From an uncultured bacterium (lineage in GTDB: Bacteria; Fidelibacterota; Marinisomatia; SCGC-AAA003-L08; D37C17): a DNA stretch of 44,770 bases. The stretch covers positions 1 through 44,770 of the forward strand of contig CAYFHL010000001.1 of the NCBI GenBank assembly GCA_964342955.1, in the 5' to 3' direction. The notes below the pieces were generated by a model. It was not told the origin of the DNA. It saw nothing but the letters and a program-made list of their open reading frames with translations, and did not search any database. Positions within the stretch are counted from its first letter, which is position 1. Every line of letters begins with the position of its first letter. This document shows, in pieces, positions 37,356 through 44,770 of the stretch. The position numbers and the translations under genes were made by a program.

Positions 37356-38098
37356 TATATTGTTAAAATTCGTGGGCCATTATCAGTGACAGCTATTGTG
37401 TGTTCAAAGTGAGCTGAAGGCAAACCATCTTTGGTACTGATAGTCCATCCATCTTTTTTTGTATAGACAGCATAACTTCCCATATTGATCATAGGCTCAA
37501 TTGCAAAACACATGCCTGTCTCAATTAAAGGACCATTACCTTTAATACCATAATTTGGAATTTGAGGGTCTTCGTGAAGACTTGTGCCTATTCCATGTCC
37601 CACCAATTCTCTTACTACACCATATTCATTGGATTCAGCAATTTTTTGTACAGTAAATCCTATATCTCCTATATGATTTCCTGGCTTAGCTTTTTGAATT
37701 CCTTCTATTAAACAATTATGAGTAACCTCCATAAGTTTTTTTCTCTCATTGCTAATTTTACCTATTGGAAAGGTTTTAGCATGATCACCATAATAGCCAT
37801 CTAATAATGAACCAACATCAATTGAAACAATATTTCCTTCTTTAAATTCTCTATTATCAGGTATCCCATGGACTACTTCATCTTCAACAGAAATACACAG
37901 AGTTGCAGGATATCCATATAACCCTTTAAAGCCTGGCTTTGCTCCTTTAGATTGTATAAATGATTCTGCCATTTTATCTAGCTCTATTCCTGTAATACCT
38001 GGTTTAATTTCTTGCTCTATCATTTCTAATGTTTCTTTTACAATTTGACATGATTTCCAAATTTTTTCAATTTCCTTTTCGTTACGAATATAAATCAC
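37355..38098 (-). CDS. map: type I methionine aminopeptidase
   Basis: GTG start, 247 aa. [35 protein letters not shown] metal ligands. Confidence 0.95.
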   Translation of the reverse strand: MIYIRNEKEIEKIWKSCQIVKETLEMIEQEIKPGITGIELDKMAESFIQSKGAKPGFKGLYGYPATLCISVEDEVVHGIPDNREFKEGNIVSIDVGSLLDGYYGDHAKTFPIGKISNERKKLMEVTHNCLIEGIQKAKPGNHIGDIGFTVQKIAESNEYGVVRELVGHGIGTSLHEDPQIPNYGIKGNGPLIETGMCFAIEPMINMGSYAVYTKKDGWTISTKDGLPSAHFEHTIAVTDNGPRILTI

Positions 38099-38117
38099 AA
38101 TATTAAATTAATCTATA

Positions 38118-39449
38118 TTAACGGCGATTTCTGCCTTTAATTTTTCCTGATTTTAAAAAACCATCATAATGTCTCATAGTTAAATGAGATTCAATTTGCT
38201 GAAGTGTATCCAATGCAACACCTACTATTATAAGTAGACTCGTTCCTCCATAAAAACTAGCTAATGCATAATCAACATCAAAAGCTCCAGATAAAAATGT
38301 TGGGAATATAGCAATTAGCGCCAAAAATATTGAAGCGGGGAGAGTTACCCTCGTCAAAATATGATCTATATAATCTGATGTTGATTTTCCTGGACGTACC
38401 CCAGGAATAAATCCACCTTGTTTCTTCATATTATCAGCGACATCCACAGGATTAAATGCTATTGCAGTATAAAAGTATGTAAAAATAATAATAAGAACAG
38501 CAAAAAAAAGTGAATAGACAATATGAGTTGGTGCAAAAACTATTTGCAACCAACTACCAAAAGAATTACCTTCTGGAAATAAATTTGCTAAAGTATTTGG
38601 CAAGAACATTAGAGCCTGTGCAAAAATTATAGGCATTACTCCTGCCGTTAATATTTTTAGCGGAATATGTGTCGCTTGGCCACCATATACTTTTCTACCT
38701 ACTACACGTTTAGCATATTGAACGGGTATTTTCCTTACTCCAGTTGAAACAGCAACTACAATAAATGTTATTGCAAACATTAATACTAAAAGAAATAGGT
38801 TCTCAAATGGATTTGATAAACCATTTTGCATTTGAACTATTTGATTGTTAAATACATGTGGAGCCTGAGCTAATATACCTACCATTATAATTAGCGAAAT
38901 ACCATTACCTATACCATGATCTGAAATCTGTTCACCTAACCACATAACAAAAATTGTTCCTGTTACTAAGGTTAATATTGTAACAAAATAAAAAATTGCA
39001 TTAGGATTTGGAACAATTGGACCTGCATTGGTTACAGGAGTCGTAGCTAAAAATACTGATACACCAACTGCTTGAAGCATGGAAATTAACACCGTCCCAT
39101 ATCTAGTCAATTGAATTATCTTCTTTCTTCCTTCTTCACCTTCTTTTTGCAATCTTTGAAAGTATGGAACTGCAGCCCCTAATAGCTGGATTATAATAGA
39201 AGCTGAAATATATGGCATTATTCCTAGAGCAAAAATAGACGCTTGAGAGAAAAATCCACCAGCAAACATATCATATAAACCCAACAATGAATTAGCATAG
39301 CCTTGCATAACTGCAGCTAAAGCAGCTTTATCAATACCAGGAATTGGAACTTTTCCACCTAAGCGATATACTAATAATAAAAGTCCTGTGAAAATTAATT
39401 TTTTTCTTAGATCTGGAATTCTAAATATATTAATTATTTTTTCAATCAT
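38118..39449 (-). CDS. secY: preprotein translocase subunit SecY
   Basis: 443 aa, 10 TM segments. GIMPYISASIIIQLL, GNGISLIIMVGI. Confidence 0.96.
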   Translation of the reverse strand: MIEKIINIFRIPDLRKKLIFTGLLLLVYRLGGKVPIPGIDKAALAAVMQGYANSLLGLYDMFAGGFFSQASIFALGIMPYISASIIIQLLGAAVPYFQRLQKEGEEGRKKIIQLTRYGTVLISMLQAVGVSVFLATTPVTNAGPIVPNPNAIFYFVTILTLVTGTIFVMWLGEQISDHGIGNGISLIIMVGILAQAPHVFNNQIVQMQNGLSNPFENLFLLVLMFAITFIVVAVSTGVRKIPVQYAKRVVGRKVYGGQATHIPLKILTAGVMPIIFAQALMFLPNTLANLFPEGNSFGSWLQIVFAPTHIVYSLFFAVLIIIFTYFYTAIAFNPVDVADNMKKQGGFIPGVRPGKSTSDYIDHILTRVTLPASIFLALIAIFPTFLSGAFDVDYALASFYGGTSLLIIVGVALDTLQQIESHLTMRHYDGFLKSGKIKGRNRR

Positions 39450-39886
39450 CTATGTATTGCTTTCCCCCCAGCCTTTTCTATTTTTTGAATAGCAGATTGA
39501 CTAAACATGTCAGCACATACTTCTATAGGATCATTAACGCTACCAGAAGCTAATATTTTAACTGGCAAAATACTATTTTTTATTATGCCTTTTTCTAATA
39601 GTAAATCTGGATCGACTTTAGGCAATCCTAAATTATTAATTTGATCTAAATTAACTATCTGAACTTTTTTTCTAAAACCATAATTTGAAAATCCTCTTTT
39701 GGGAAGCCTCCTCATTAACGGTGTTTGTCCTCCTTCAAAGTGAAACCTAGCTTTAGTACCAGACCTAGATTGATATCCCTTATGGCCTTTACCAGCAGTT
39801 CTCCCTTGACCAGAAGCATTACCTCGTCCGATACGTTTTGAACTTCTTACAGATCCCTTGGAAGGTTTTAAATTACTTAAATCCAT
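39446..39886 (-). CDS. rplO: 50S ribosomal protein L15
   Basis: LSNLKPSKGSVRSSKRIGRGNASGQGRTAGKGHKG..., G/R-rich L15 N-terminus. Confidence 0.95.
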   Translation of the reverse strand: MDLSNLKPSKGSVRSSKRIGRGNASGQGRTAGKGHKGYQSRSGTKARFHFEGGQTPLMRRLPKRGFSNYGFRKKVQIVNLDQINNLGLPKVDPDLLLEKGIIKNSILPVKILASGSVNDPIEVCADMFSQSAIQKIEKAGGKAIHR

Positions 39887-40086
39887 TATACATCCTCAAC
39901 TTTTAAAAGATGAGATATAGAATTAACCATACCTAATATTGAAGGGCTTCCATCTTTTATAACTGAATGATTCATTTTTTTTATACCTAGCGCTAACAGC
40001 GTATCTTTAGCTCTTTTTCTATATCCAATTGCACTTTTAGTCTGGGTTATTTTTATTTTTTTTATTTTAGCCATAAACTTATTCAA
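39886..40086 (-). CDS. rpmD: 50S ribosomal protein L30
   Basis: KIKITQTKSAIGYRKRAKDTLLALGIKKMNHSV. The true start is probably the second Met (MAKIKK, at 40074). Confidence 0.93.
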   Translation of the reverse strand: MNKFMAKIKKIKITQTKSAIGYRKRAKDTLLALGIKKMNHSVIKDGSPSILGMVNSISHLLKVEDV

Positions 40087-40597
40087 ATAATTGATTTAAT
40101 TTAATTCCTCTTTGTCTTGCAACCCTTATTGGATCTCTAAGTGTTTTAAGACCTTTAACTACAGCTTTTACAACATTTATTGAATTAGTTGATCCAGTAT
40201 TTTTTGTTAGTATATCGGTTATACCAACCTGTTCCATTACTGCTCTAACTGGTGCACCTGCAATAATTCCCGTACCTGAAGATGCTGGCTTAAGCATTAA
40301 TTTTACTGCACCATATTTCACATTAACTTGATGTGGTATTGTTCCATTTATCATTGGAGCTTTAAATATTTGTTTCTTTGCATTTTCTCTAGCTTTACTA
40401 ATTGCTGAGACGACCTCATTTGCTTTGCCAAAACCAATTCCAACATGACCTTTGCCGTCACCAACAACAGCTACAGAATTAAACCTCATCGTTCTACCAC
40501 CAGTTGTAGCCTTTGAAACACGATTGATGCTAACAATTGTTTCTTCTTGTAATTCTAATTCAGTAGGATTAATAAAATCACTCAAAATATACTCCAA
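40079..40597 (-). CDS. rpsE: 30S ribosomal protein S5
   Basis: VSINRVSKATTGGRTMRFNSVAVVGDGKGHVGIGFGKANEV, GTGIIAGAPVRAV. Confidence 0.96.
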   Translation of the reverse strand: MEYILSDFINPTELELQEETIVSINRVSKATTGGRTMRFNSVAVVGDGKGHVGIGFGKANEVVSAISKARENAKKQIFKAPMINGTIPHQVNVKYGAVKLMLKPASSGTGIIAGAPVRAVMEQVGITDILTKNTGSTNSINVVKAVVKGLKTLRDPIRVARQRGIKLNQLFE

Positions 40598-40966
40598 TTA
40601 AAAATTTATTCCAGACTTTCTAACAGCTTCACCCAAGGCCTTGATTCTTCCATGATATTTATAGCCATTTCTATCAAATATTATACTTTCAATTTTTGCC
40701 TTTTTCATTTTTTTGGCAATTTCATTGCCAACAATTTCACTTTTATCAACCTTACTCTTTGCAGTTGAAATAGTTTTTTCTAAATCTTTATCAATACTAG
40801 AAGTAGATAAAACAGTAATATGCTTTTCATCATTCACTAATTGAGCGTAAATATTAGTATTTGATCTGTATATAACTAATCTATATAAATTATTTTTATT
40901 TCTATCTTTTAAATAGAACTTTATTCTTTTTCTCTTCTTATCCCAAGCTTTTAATTTGTTTAACAT
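40598..40966 (-). CDS. rplR: 50S ribosomal protein L18
   Basis: RLVIYRSNTNIYAQLVND..., FDRNGYKYHGRIKALGEAVRKSG. Confidence 0.95.
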   Translation of the reverse strand: MLNKLKAWDKKRKRIKFYLKDRNKNNLYRLVIYRSNTNIYAQLVNDEKHITVLSTSSIDKDLEKTISTAKSKVDKSEIVGNEIAKKMKKAKIESIIFDRNGYKYHGRIKALGEAVRKSGINF

Positions 40967-40968
40967 AA

Positions 40969-41517
40969 TTATGCACCTACCCCAACTGACTTACCTGCTT
41001 TCCTTTTAATATATTCATCTGAATATTTAATTCCCTTGCCTTTATAAGGTTCGGGCTTTCTAAATTCTCTTATTCTTGCTGCTACTTGACCAACTAGCTG
41101 TTTATCATATCCTTTAATGATAATTACAGTATTTTTGGGTGTTTCAAAAGTAATTCCATCTGGCTTTTCAAAATAAATAGGATGAGAATAACCAACATTC
41201 AAGACAAGATACTTGGCACTTCCAGCATCAGCTGTATAGCCCACACCAACCAAATTAAGCTCTTTTGAAAAACCTTCAGACACGCCTATAATCATATTAT
41301 AAATTAACGTTCTCGTTAGACCATGTAACTCACGATGCTTTTTCTGATCAGTTGGACGAGAGACAACAACTTTATTATCTTCTATACTAATTTTTAACTC
41401 ACTATTAGCAATATAATTTAACTCACCTAATTTACCTTTCACATTAATATCAGCCTTCTTAATATCAACTGTAACACCTTCAGGTATATCTATTGGATTT
41501 TTACCTATATTTGACAT
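40969..41517 (-). CDS. rplF: 50S ribosomal protein L6
   Basis: MSNIGKNPIDIPEGVTVDI..., HGLTRTLIYNMIIGVSEGF, KPEPYKGKGIKY. Confidence 0.96.
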   Translation of the reverse strand: MSNIGKNPIDIPEGVTVDIKKADINVKGKLGELNYIANSELKISIEDNKVVVSRPTDQKKHRELHGLTRTLIYNMIIGVSEGFSKELNLVGVGYTADAGSAKYLVLNVGYSHPIYFEKPDGITFETPKNTVIIIKGYDKQLVGQVAARIREFRKPEPYKGKGIKYSDEYIKRKAGKSVGVGA

Positions 41518-41527
41518 TTAAATACCC

Positions 41528-41926
41528 TTACCATACTTGACATAATACTTCACCACCAATATTCATTTTTTTAGCTTTCTTATTAGACAATACACCTTTT
41601 GATGTAGTTAAAATTGATATACCTAAACCATTCAATACTCTTGGCAAATTATCTGCTGTCACATATCTACGACAGCCTGGTTTACTAACACGCTCAATTC
41701 CTTGAATTACTGGCTGATTATTTTCATCATAATTCAAAAACAATCTTAGAACATCTTGCTTATTATCTTTTATTAAAATAAAATCACTTATAAAATGTTC
41801 TTCTCTTAAAATAAATGAAATACGTTTTTTCAAGTTAGAGGCAGGTATATTAACCCAAGGCTTCCTAACTAATTGAGCGTTTCTAATCCTTGTTAAATAA
41901 TCAGCTATTGGATCTGTCATTGCCAT
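41528..41926 (-). CDS. rpsH: 30S ribosomal protein S8
   Basis: MTDPIADYLTRIRNA..., GISILTTSKGVLSNKKAKKMNIGGEVLCQVW. Confidence 0.96.
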   Translation of the reverse strand: MAMTDPIADYLTRIRNAQLVRKPWVNIPASNLKKRISFILREEHFISDFILIKDNKQDVLRLFLNYDENNQPVIQGIERVSKPGCRRYVTADNLPRVLNGLGISILTTSKGVLSNKKAKKMNIGGEVLCQVW

Positions 41927-41931
41927 AAATT

Positions 41932-42117
41932 TTACCAGCTCGCCTTTCTAACACCAGGGATGTGTCCCTTTAATGCCATTTCTCTAAAACATATACGACA
42001 CAAGCCAAATTTTCTATATACAGCATGCGGTCTTCCACAATTATTGCACCTTGAATATTCTCTCGTAGAAAATTTTTGTTTTTTCTGCGACTTAACTATT
42101 AATGCTTTTCTAGCCAT
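41932..42117 (-). CDS. rpsN: 30S ribosomal protein S14, zinc-binding type Z
   Basis: 61 aa. [20 protein letters not shown] (CxxC...CxxC). Confidence 0.95.
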   Translation of the reverse strand: MARKALIVKSQKKQKFSTREYSRCNNCGRPHAVYRKFGLCRICFREMALKGHIPGVRKASW

Positions 42118-42713
42118 TAAATGGTCTCCTCAATATTTTTATTCTGCCGTTTCTTTTTTAATGGAAGGCCCAATGCAATTAATAGTTCGTAAGCCTCTTC
42201 ATCTGTTTTAGATGTTGTTACAATTGTTATATTCATACCCCTTATATTGTTAATTTTATCATAATTAATCTCAGGAAATATGATTTGTTCATTTACACCA
42301 AAATTATAGTTACCCTTACCATCAAAACCTTTTGATGGTAACCCTTTAAAATCTCTAATTCTTGGAGAAGCAACTGAAATAAAACGATCTAAAAATTCAT
42401 ACATCTTATTTGATCTCAAAGTAACCCTTGTACCTACAGGATCATTTTCTCTTAACTTAAAATTTGATATAGCACTTTTAGATTTGGTGATAACAGCTTT
42501 TTGTCCAGAAATTGTTGTCAATTCTTCAACACCAGATTTAATCCAATTTGAATTTTCTTTTGCATTCCCAATACCCATATTCAATACAACTTTATCTATT
42601 TTTGGTAAGCGCATAGGATTACTAAAACTGAACTTCTTATAAAGATATTTAGTAACATCATTATCATACTTTAATTTTAATCTTGGTATATATTTATTTT
42701 TATTATTTGCCAT
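42117..42713 (-). CDS. rplE: 50S ribosomal protein L5
   Basis: [47 protein letters not shown]. Confidence 0.96.
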   Translation of the reverse strand: MANNKNKYIPRLKLKYDNDVTKYLYKKFSFSNPMRLPKIDKVVLNMGIGNAKENSNWIKSGVEELTTISGQKAVITKSKSAISNFKLRENDPVGTRVTLRSNKMYEFLDRFISVASPRIRDFKGLPSKGFDGKGNYNFGVNEQIIFPEINYDKINNIRGMNITIVTTSKTDEEAYELLIALGLPLKKKRQNKNIEETI

Positions 42714-42721
42714 AAAAACCT

Positions 42722-43027
42722 TTAATCAATTACCTCAGATGTTTTTTTTAAGAATCTAACTTTTTTTCCATCATCCAAAAACTTATAACCTAATCTAGAT
42801 ATATTTCCATTAGATAAAATCATAACATTGGAAATATCGATTTTCGCCTCTTTTTGCAAAATTCCACCTTGGGGGTTTTCTTGATTAGGACGGGCATGTT
42901 TTTTAACTAAATTTATACCTTCTACAATGACCTTGTTTGTATTTTTATATACTTTTATTACTCGACCACTCTTTCCTTTATCATTTCCTGAAATAACTTG
43001 TACACTATCCCCTTTTCTAATTTTCAT
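42722..43027 (-). CDS. rplX: 50S ribosomal protein L24
   Basis: MKIRKGDSVQVISGNDKGKSGRVIKV (KOW motif). Confidence 0.95.
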   Translation of the reverse strand: MKIRKGDSVQVISGNDKGKSGRVIKVYKNTNKVIVEGINLVKKHARPNQENPQGGILQKEAKIDISNVMILSNGNISRLGYKFLDDGKKVRFLKKTSEVID

Positions 43028-43396
43028 TTAAATAACCTCTGGTGCTAATGATAATATTTTCATAAACTTTTTTTCTCTTAACTCTCTTGCAACAGGCCCA
43101 AAAACACGAGTACCTTTAGGTTCTTGCTGATTATCAATAAGAACTGCAGCATTTTCATCAAATCTTATATATGAACCATCCTTTCTTCTAACCTCTTTAC
43201 ACGTCCTAACCACCACTGCACGAGATAGTTCACCCTTCTTAATTACCCCTCCAGGTATTGCTTTTTTTACAGTAACAACTATAATATCTCCTAATCGTGC
43301 ATATTTACGCTTAGTTCCACCTAAAACACGAATACATGAAATTTCTTTTGCACCTGTATTATCTGCTACTTTTAATCTTGTCTCTTGTTGTATCAT
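43028..43396 (-). CDS. rplN: 50S ribosomal protein L14
   Basis: [27 protein letters not shown]..., 122 aa. Confidence 0.97.
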   Translation of the reverse strand: MIQQETRLKVADNTGAKEISCIRVLGGTKRKYARLGDIIVVTVKKAIPGGVIKKGELSRAVVVRTCKEVRRKDGSYIRFDENAAVLIDNQQEPKGTRVFGPVARELREKKFMKILSLAPEVI

Positions 43397-43405
43397 CTTT
43401 ATTAA

Positions 43406-43672
43406 TTAAACTTCTATTGCTTTTTTCTGAATTTCTAGGACTCTCCACCTTTTTAATTTACTTACAGGCTTTGATTCAATAATTTTTACTATATCACCCA
43501 TAGCACATTTATTATTTTCATCATGTGCATAATATTTTTTAGATTTAGTTACATATTTTTTATAAATTGGATGTGAAATTCTTCGATCTACTCTTAAGAC
43601 TACAGTCTTATCCATTTTTATAGATAGTACCTCTCCAATCAATTGTTTTCTTTTATTTAAACGTTCATTCAT
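43406..43672 (-). CDS. rpsQ: 30S ribosomal protein S17
   Basis: [40 protein letters not shown]. Confidence 0.95.
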   Translation of the reverse strand: MNERLNKRKQLIGEVLSIKMDKTVVLRVDRRISHPIYKKYVTKSKKYYAHDENNKCAMGDIVKIIESKPVSKLKRWRVLEIQKKAIEV

Positions 43673-43881
43673 TTTACTCTCACACCTAAATCTATTTCTC
43701 TAATAACTGTTTTTAATTGAGCAATCTCGCGCTTTAAAAACGTAATTTTTCTTGGTTCCTCAAGCTGTTGCAGGGCTTTTTGAAACCTAAAATTTAATAA
43801 AGCCTCATTGCTCTCTTTTAATTTAGTTTCTAATTCTGATTTACTAAGTTTGTTTAATTCTTTTTTATTCATATTAAACAC
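43669..43881 (-). CDS. rpmC: 50S ribosomal protein L29
   Basis: 70 aa. [26 protein letters not shown]. Sits between rplP and rpsQ. Confidence 0.93.
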   Translation of the reverse strand: MFNMNKKELNKLSKSELETKLKESNEALLNFRFQKALQQLEEPRKITFLKREIAQLKTVIREIDLGVRVK

Positions 43882-44293
43882 CCATTTCCCTTCTAGGTAC
43901 TACTTTGGTTTTTATTGGAAGCTTATAGGCACATACTCTAAATGCATCGTGAGAGTCTGACTCATCTAAACCATCAATTTCAAACAACACCCTTCCAGGC
44001 TTTACAACTGCAACCCAATATTCAGGGGACCCTTTACCTTTCCCCATTCTTGTTTCAGCAGGCTTTTTTGTAATAGCTTTGTCTGGGAAAATACGTATCC
44101 ACATACGCCCAAGCTTTCTAACTTTTCGAGAAATTGAAATACGAGCTGCTTCAATTTGTCTGCTTGTAATCCAGCCAGACTCCATTGCTTTTAGACCATA
44201 AGTACCAAAAGCAACATAATCACCAGAATTAGCCATTCCCTTTCTTCTACCCTTTTGAGGTTTTCTATATTTTATTTTTTTTGGAGCTAACAT
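43874..44293 (-). CDS. rplP: 50S ribosomal protein L16
   Basis: [19 protein letters not shown]..., [35 protein letters not shown]. Confidence 0.97.
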   Translation of the reverse strand: MLAPKKIKYRKPQKGRRKGMANSGDYVAFGTYGLKAMESGWITSRQIEAARISISRKVRKLGRMWIRIFPDKAITKKPAETRMGKGKGSPEYWVAVVKPGRVLFEIDGLDESDSHDAFRVCAYKLPIKTKVVPRREMGV

Positions 44294-44299
44294 TTTATC

Positions 44300-44770
44300 T
44301 TAACCTAACTTTATATTATCCTCACCTGTATATATCCACACCTTAACACCTATTATTCCATAAGTAGTATGAGATTCAGTAAGAGCATAGTCTATATTTG
44401 CACGCAAAGTATGTAATGGGACTCTGCCTTCACGATATGTCTCCTTACGGGCTATATCTATTCCATTTAATCTTCCAGAAACACACACCCTTATTCCCTC
44501 TGCACCCATACTCATGGTAGCTTGTATTGATTTTTTTACTGCCCTTCTATAATTAACCTTTTTTTCAAGCTGCTGTGCTATATTTTGACCTACTAATTCA
44601 GCTCGCAAACCTGGACGTTTTATTTCAGAAACATTAACATGTATATCATATCCGACATATTTTTTTAATTCTGTTTTTAGATTTTCAACTTCAACGCCAC
44701 CCCTTCCAATAACAATTCCAGGTCTAGCTGTATGAATTGTAGCAATAACTTTTTTGGGTGTACGCGATAT
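44300..44770 (-). CDS. rpsC: 30S ribosomal protein S3, C-terminal 156 codons (the 5' part lies beyond the window end)
   Basis: Track ORF 44300..44608 starts at an internal TTG. The frame stays open to 44770 and reads [72 protein letters not shown]... (KH and S3-C domains). Confidence 0.95.
   Translation of the reverse strand: MSRTPKKVIATIHTARPGIVIGRGGVEVENLKTELKKYVGYDIHVNVSEIKRPGLRAELVGQNIAQQLEKKVNYRRAVKKSIQATMSMGAEGIRVCVSGRLNGIDIARKETYREGRVPLHTLRANIDYALTESHTTYGIIGVKVWIYTGEDNIKLG

Noticed and set aside
2577-42211. Thirteen short track ORFs nested inside longer genes. Twelve are antisense: 2577-2873, 9875-10060, 10544-10744, 16444-16653, 17445-17666, 30752-30940, 32222-32437, 33306-33545, 35418-35636, 41960-42211, and on the same strand but a different frame 5754-5963 and 13862-14056. 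The thirteenth, 24999-25235, is also same strand, different frame.
   Set aside because: All lie wholly within much longer ORFs that have strong family signatures. Their translations are low-complexity Ile/Phe/Lys/Ser-rich strings, as expected for shadow frames in AT-rich DNA, and none has a recognisable motif or ribosome-binding site.
1-44770. CRISPR arrays, tandem repeats, IS elements, tRNA or rRNA genes.
   Set aside because: Reading the intergenic regions (the longest is 182 nt, at 3975-4156) showed no repeat-spacer periodicity, inverted terminal repeats or cloverleaf-like sequences. All other space is filled by protein-coding genes.

Overview
Densely coding, visibly AT-rich (about 30% GC by eye, not computed) bacterial chromosomal segment. 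I saw no rRNA, tRNA, CRISPR array, transposase or integrase. There are four blocks. (1) 1-3974, minus strand: the 5' part of a poly-gamma-glutamate synthase gene (pgsB/capB, missing from the ORF track), preceded by a 1174-aa secreted C25 (gingipain)-family protein with a dockerin-like tail. (2) 4157-18653, plus strand: one uninterrupted 14-gene type IV filament cluster. It runs pilin, PilT, two prepilin-type minor pilins, a 634-aa PilX-like protein, PilM/N/O/P-like, a compact secretin, a 766-aa lipoprotein, a PilB/MshE-type ATPase, PilC and PilD. (3) 18646-34162: mixed housekeeping and envelope genes. These are a SpoU/TrmH methyltransferase, an Hsp15-like S4 protein, a T4 DenV-like pyrimidine-dimer glycosylase, an LPP20/LPP20/CsgG-like envelope trio, TlpA-DsbD-cyclophilin, pyrE-pyrF, a GNAT, a beta-helix/dockerin protein interrupted by an in-frame TGA, hutI-hutU and a GHL10-like hydrolase. 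(4) 34180-44770, minus strand: ribosomal S10-end/spc/alpha operons from rpsC (partial) to rplQ, including rpmJ, which is also missing from the track. The order secY-map-infA-rpmJ-rpsM-rpsK-rpsD-rpoA-rplQ (no adk) plus the dockerin-tagged secreted proteins suggests an uncultured marine FCB-group-like Gram-negative organism; this is inference only. I found no clearly novel multi-gene system. The points most worth follow-up are: the in-frame TGA in a C-P-G-TGA context followed by a GC-rich hairpin (29740-29775); a lipoprotein gene whose only plausible start is ATT (23744); the hybrid T4P/T2SS/MSH-like cluster with two large uncharacterised ORFs; and the CsgG-domain/beta-barrel fusion cluster.
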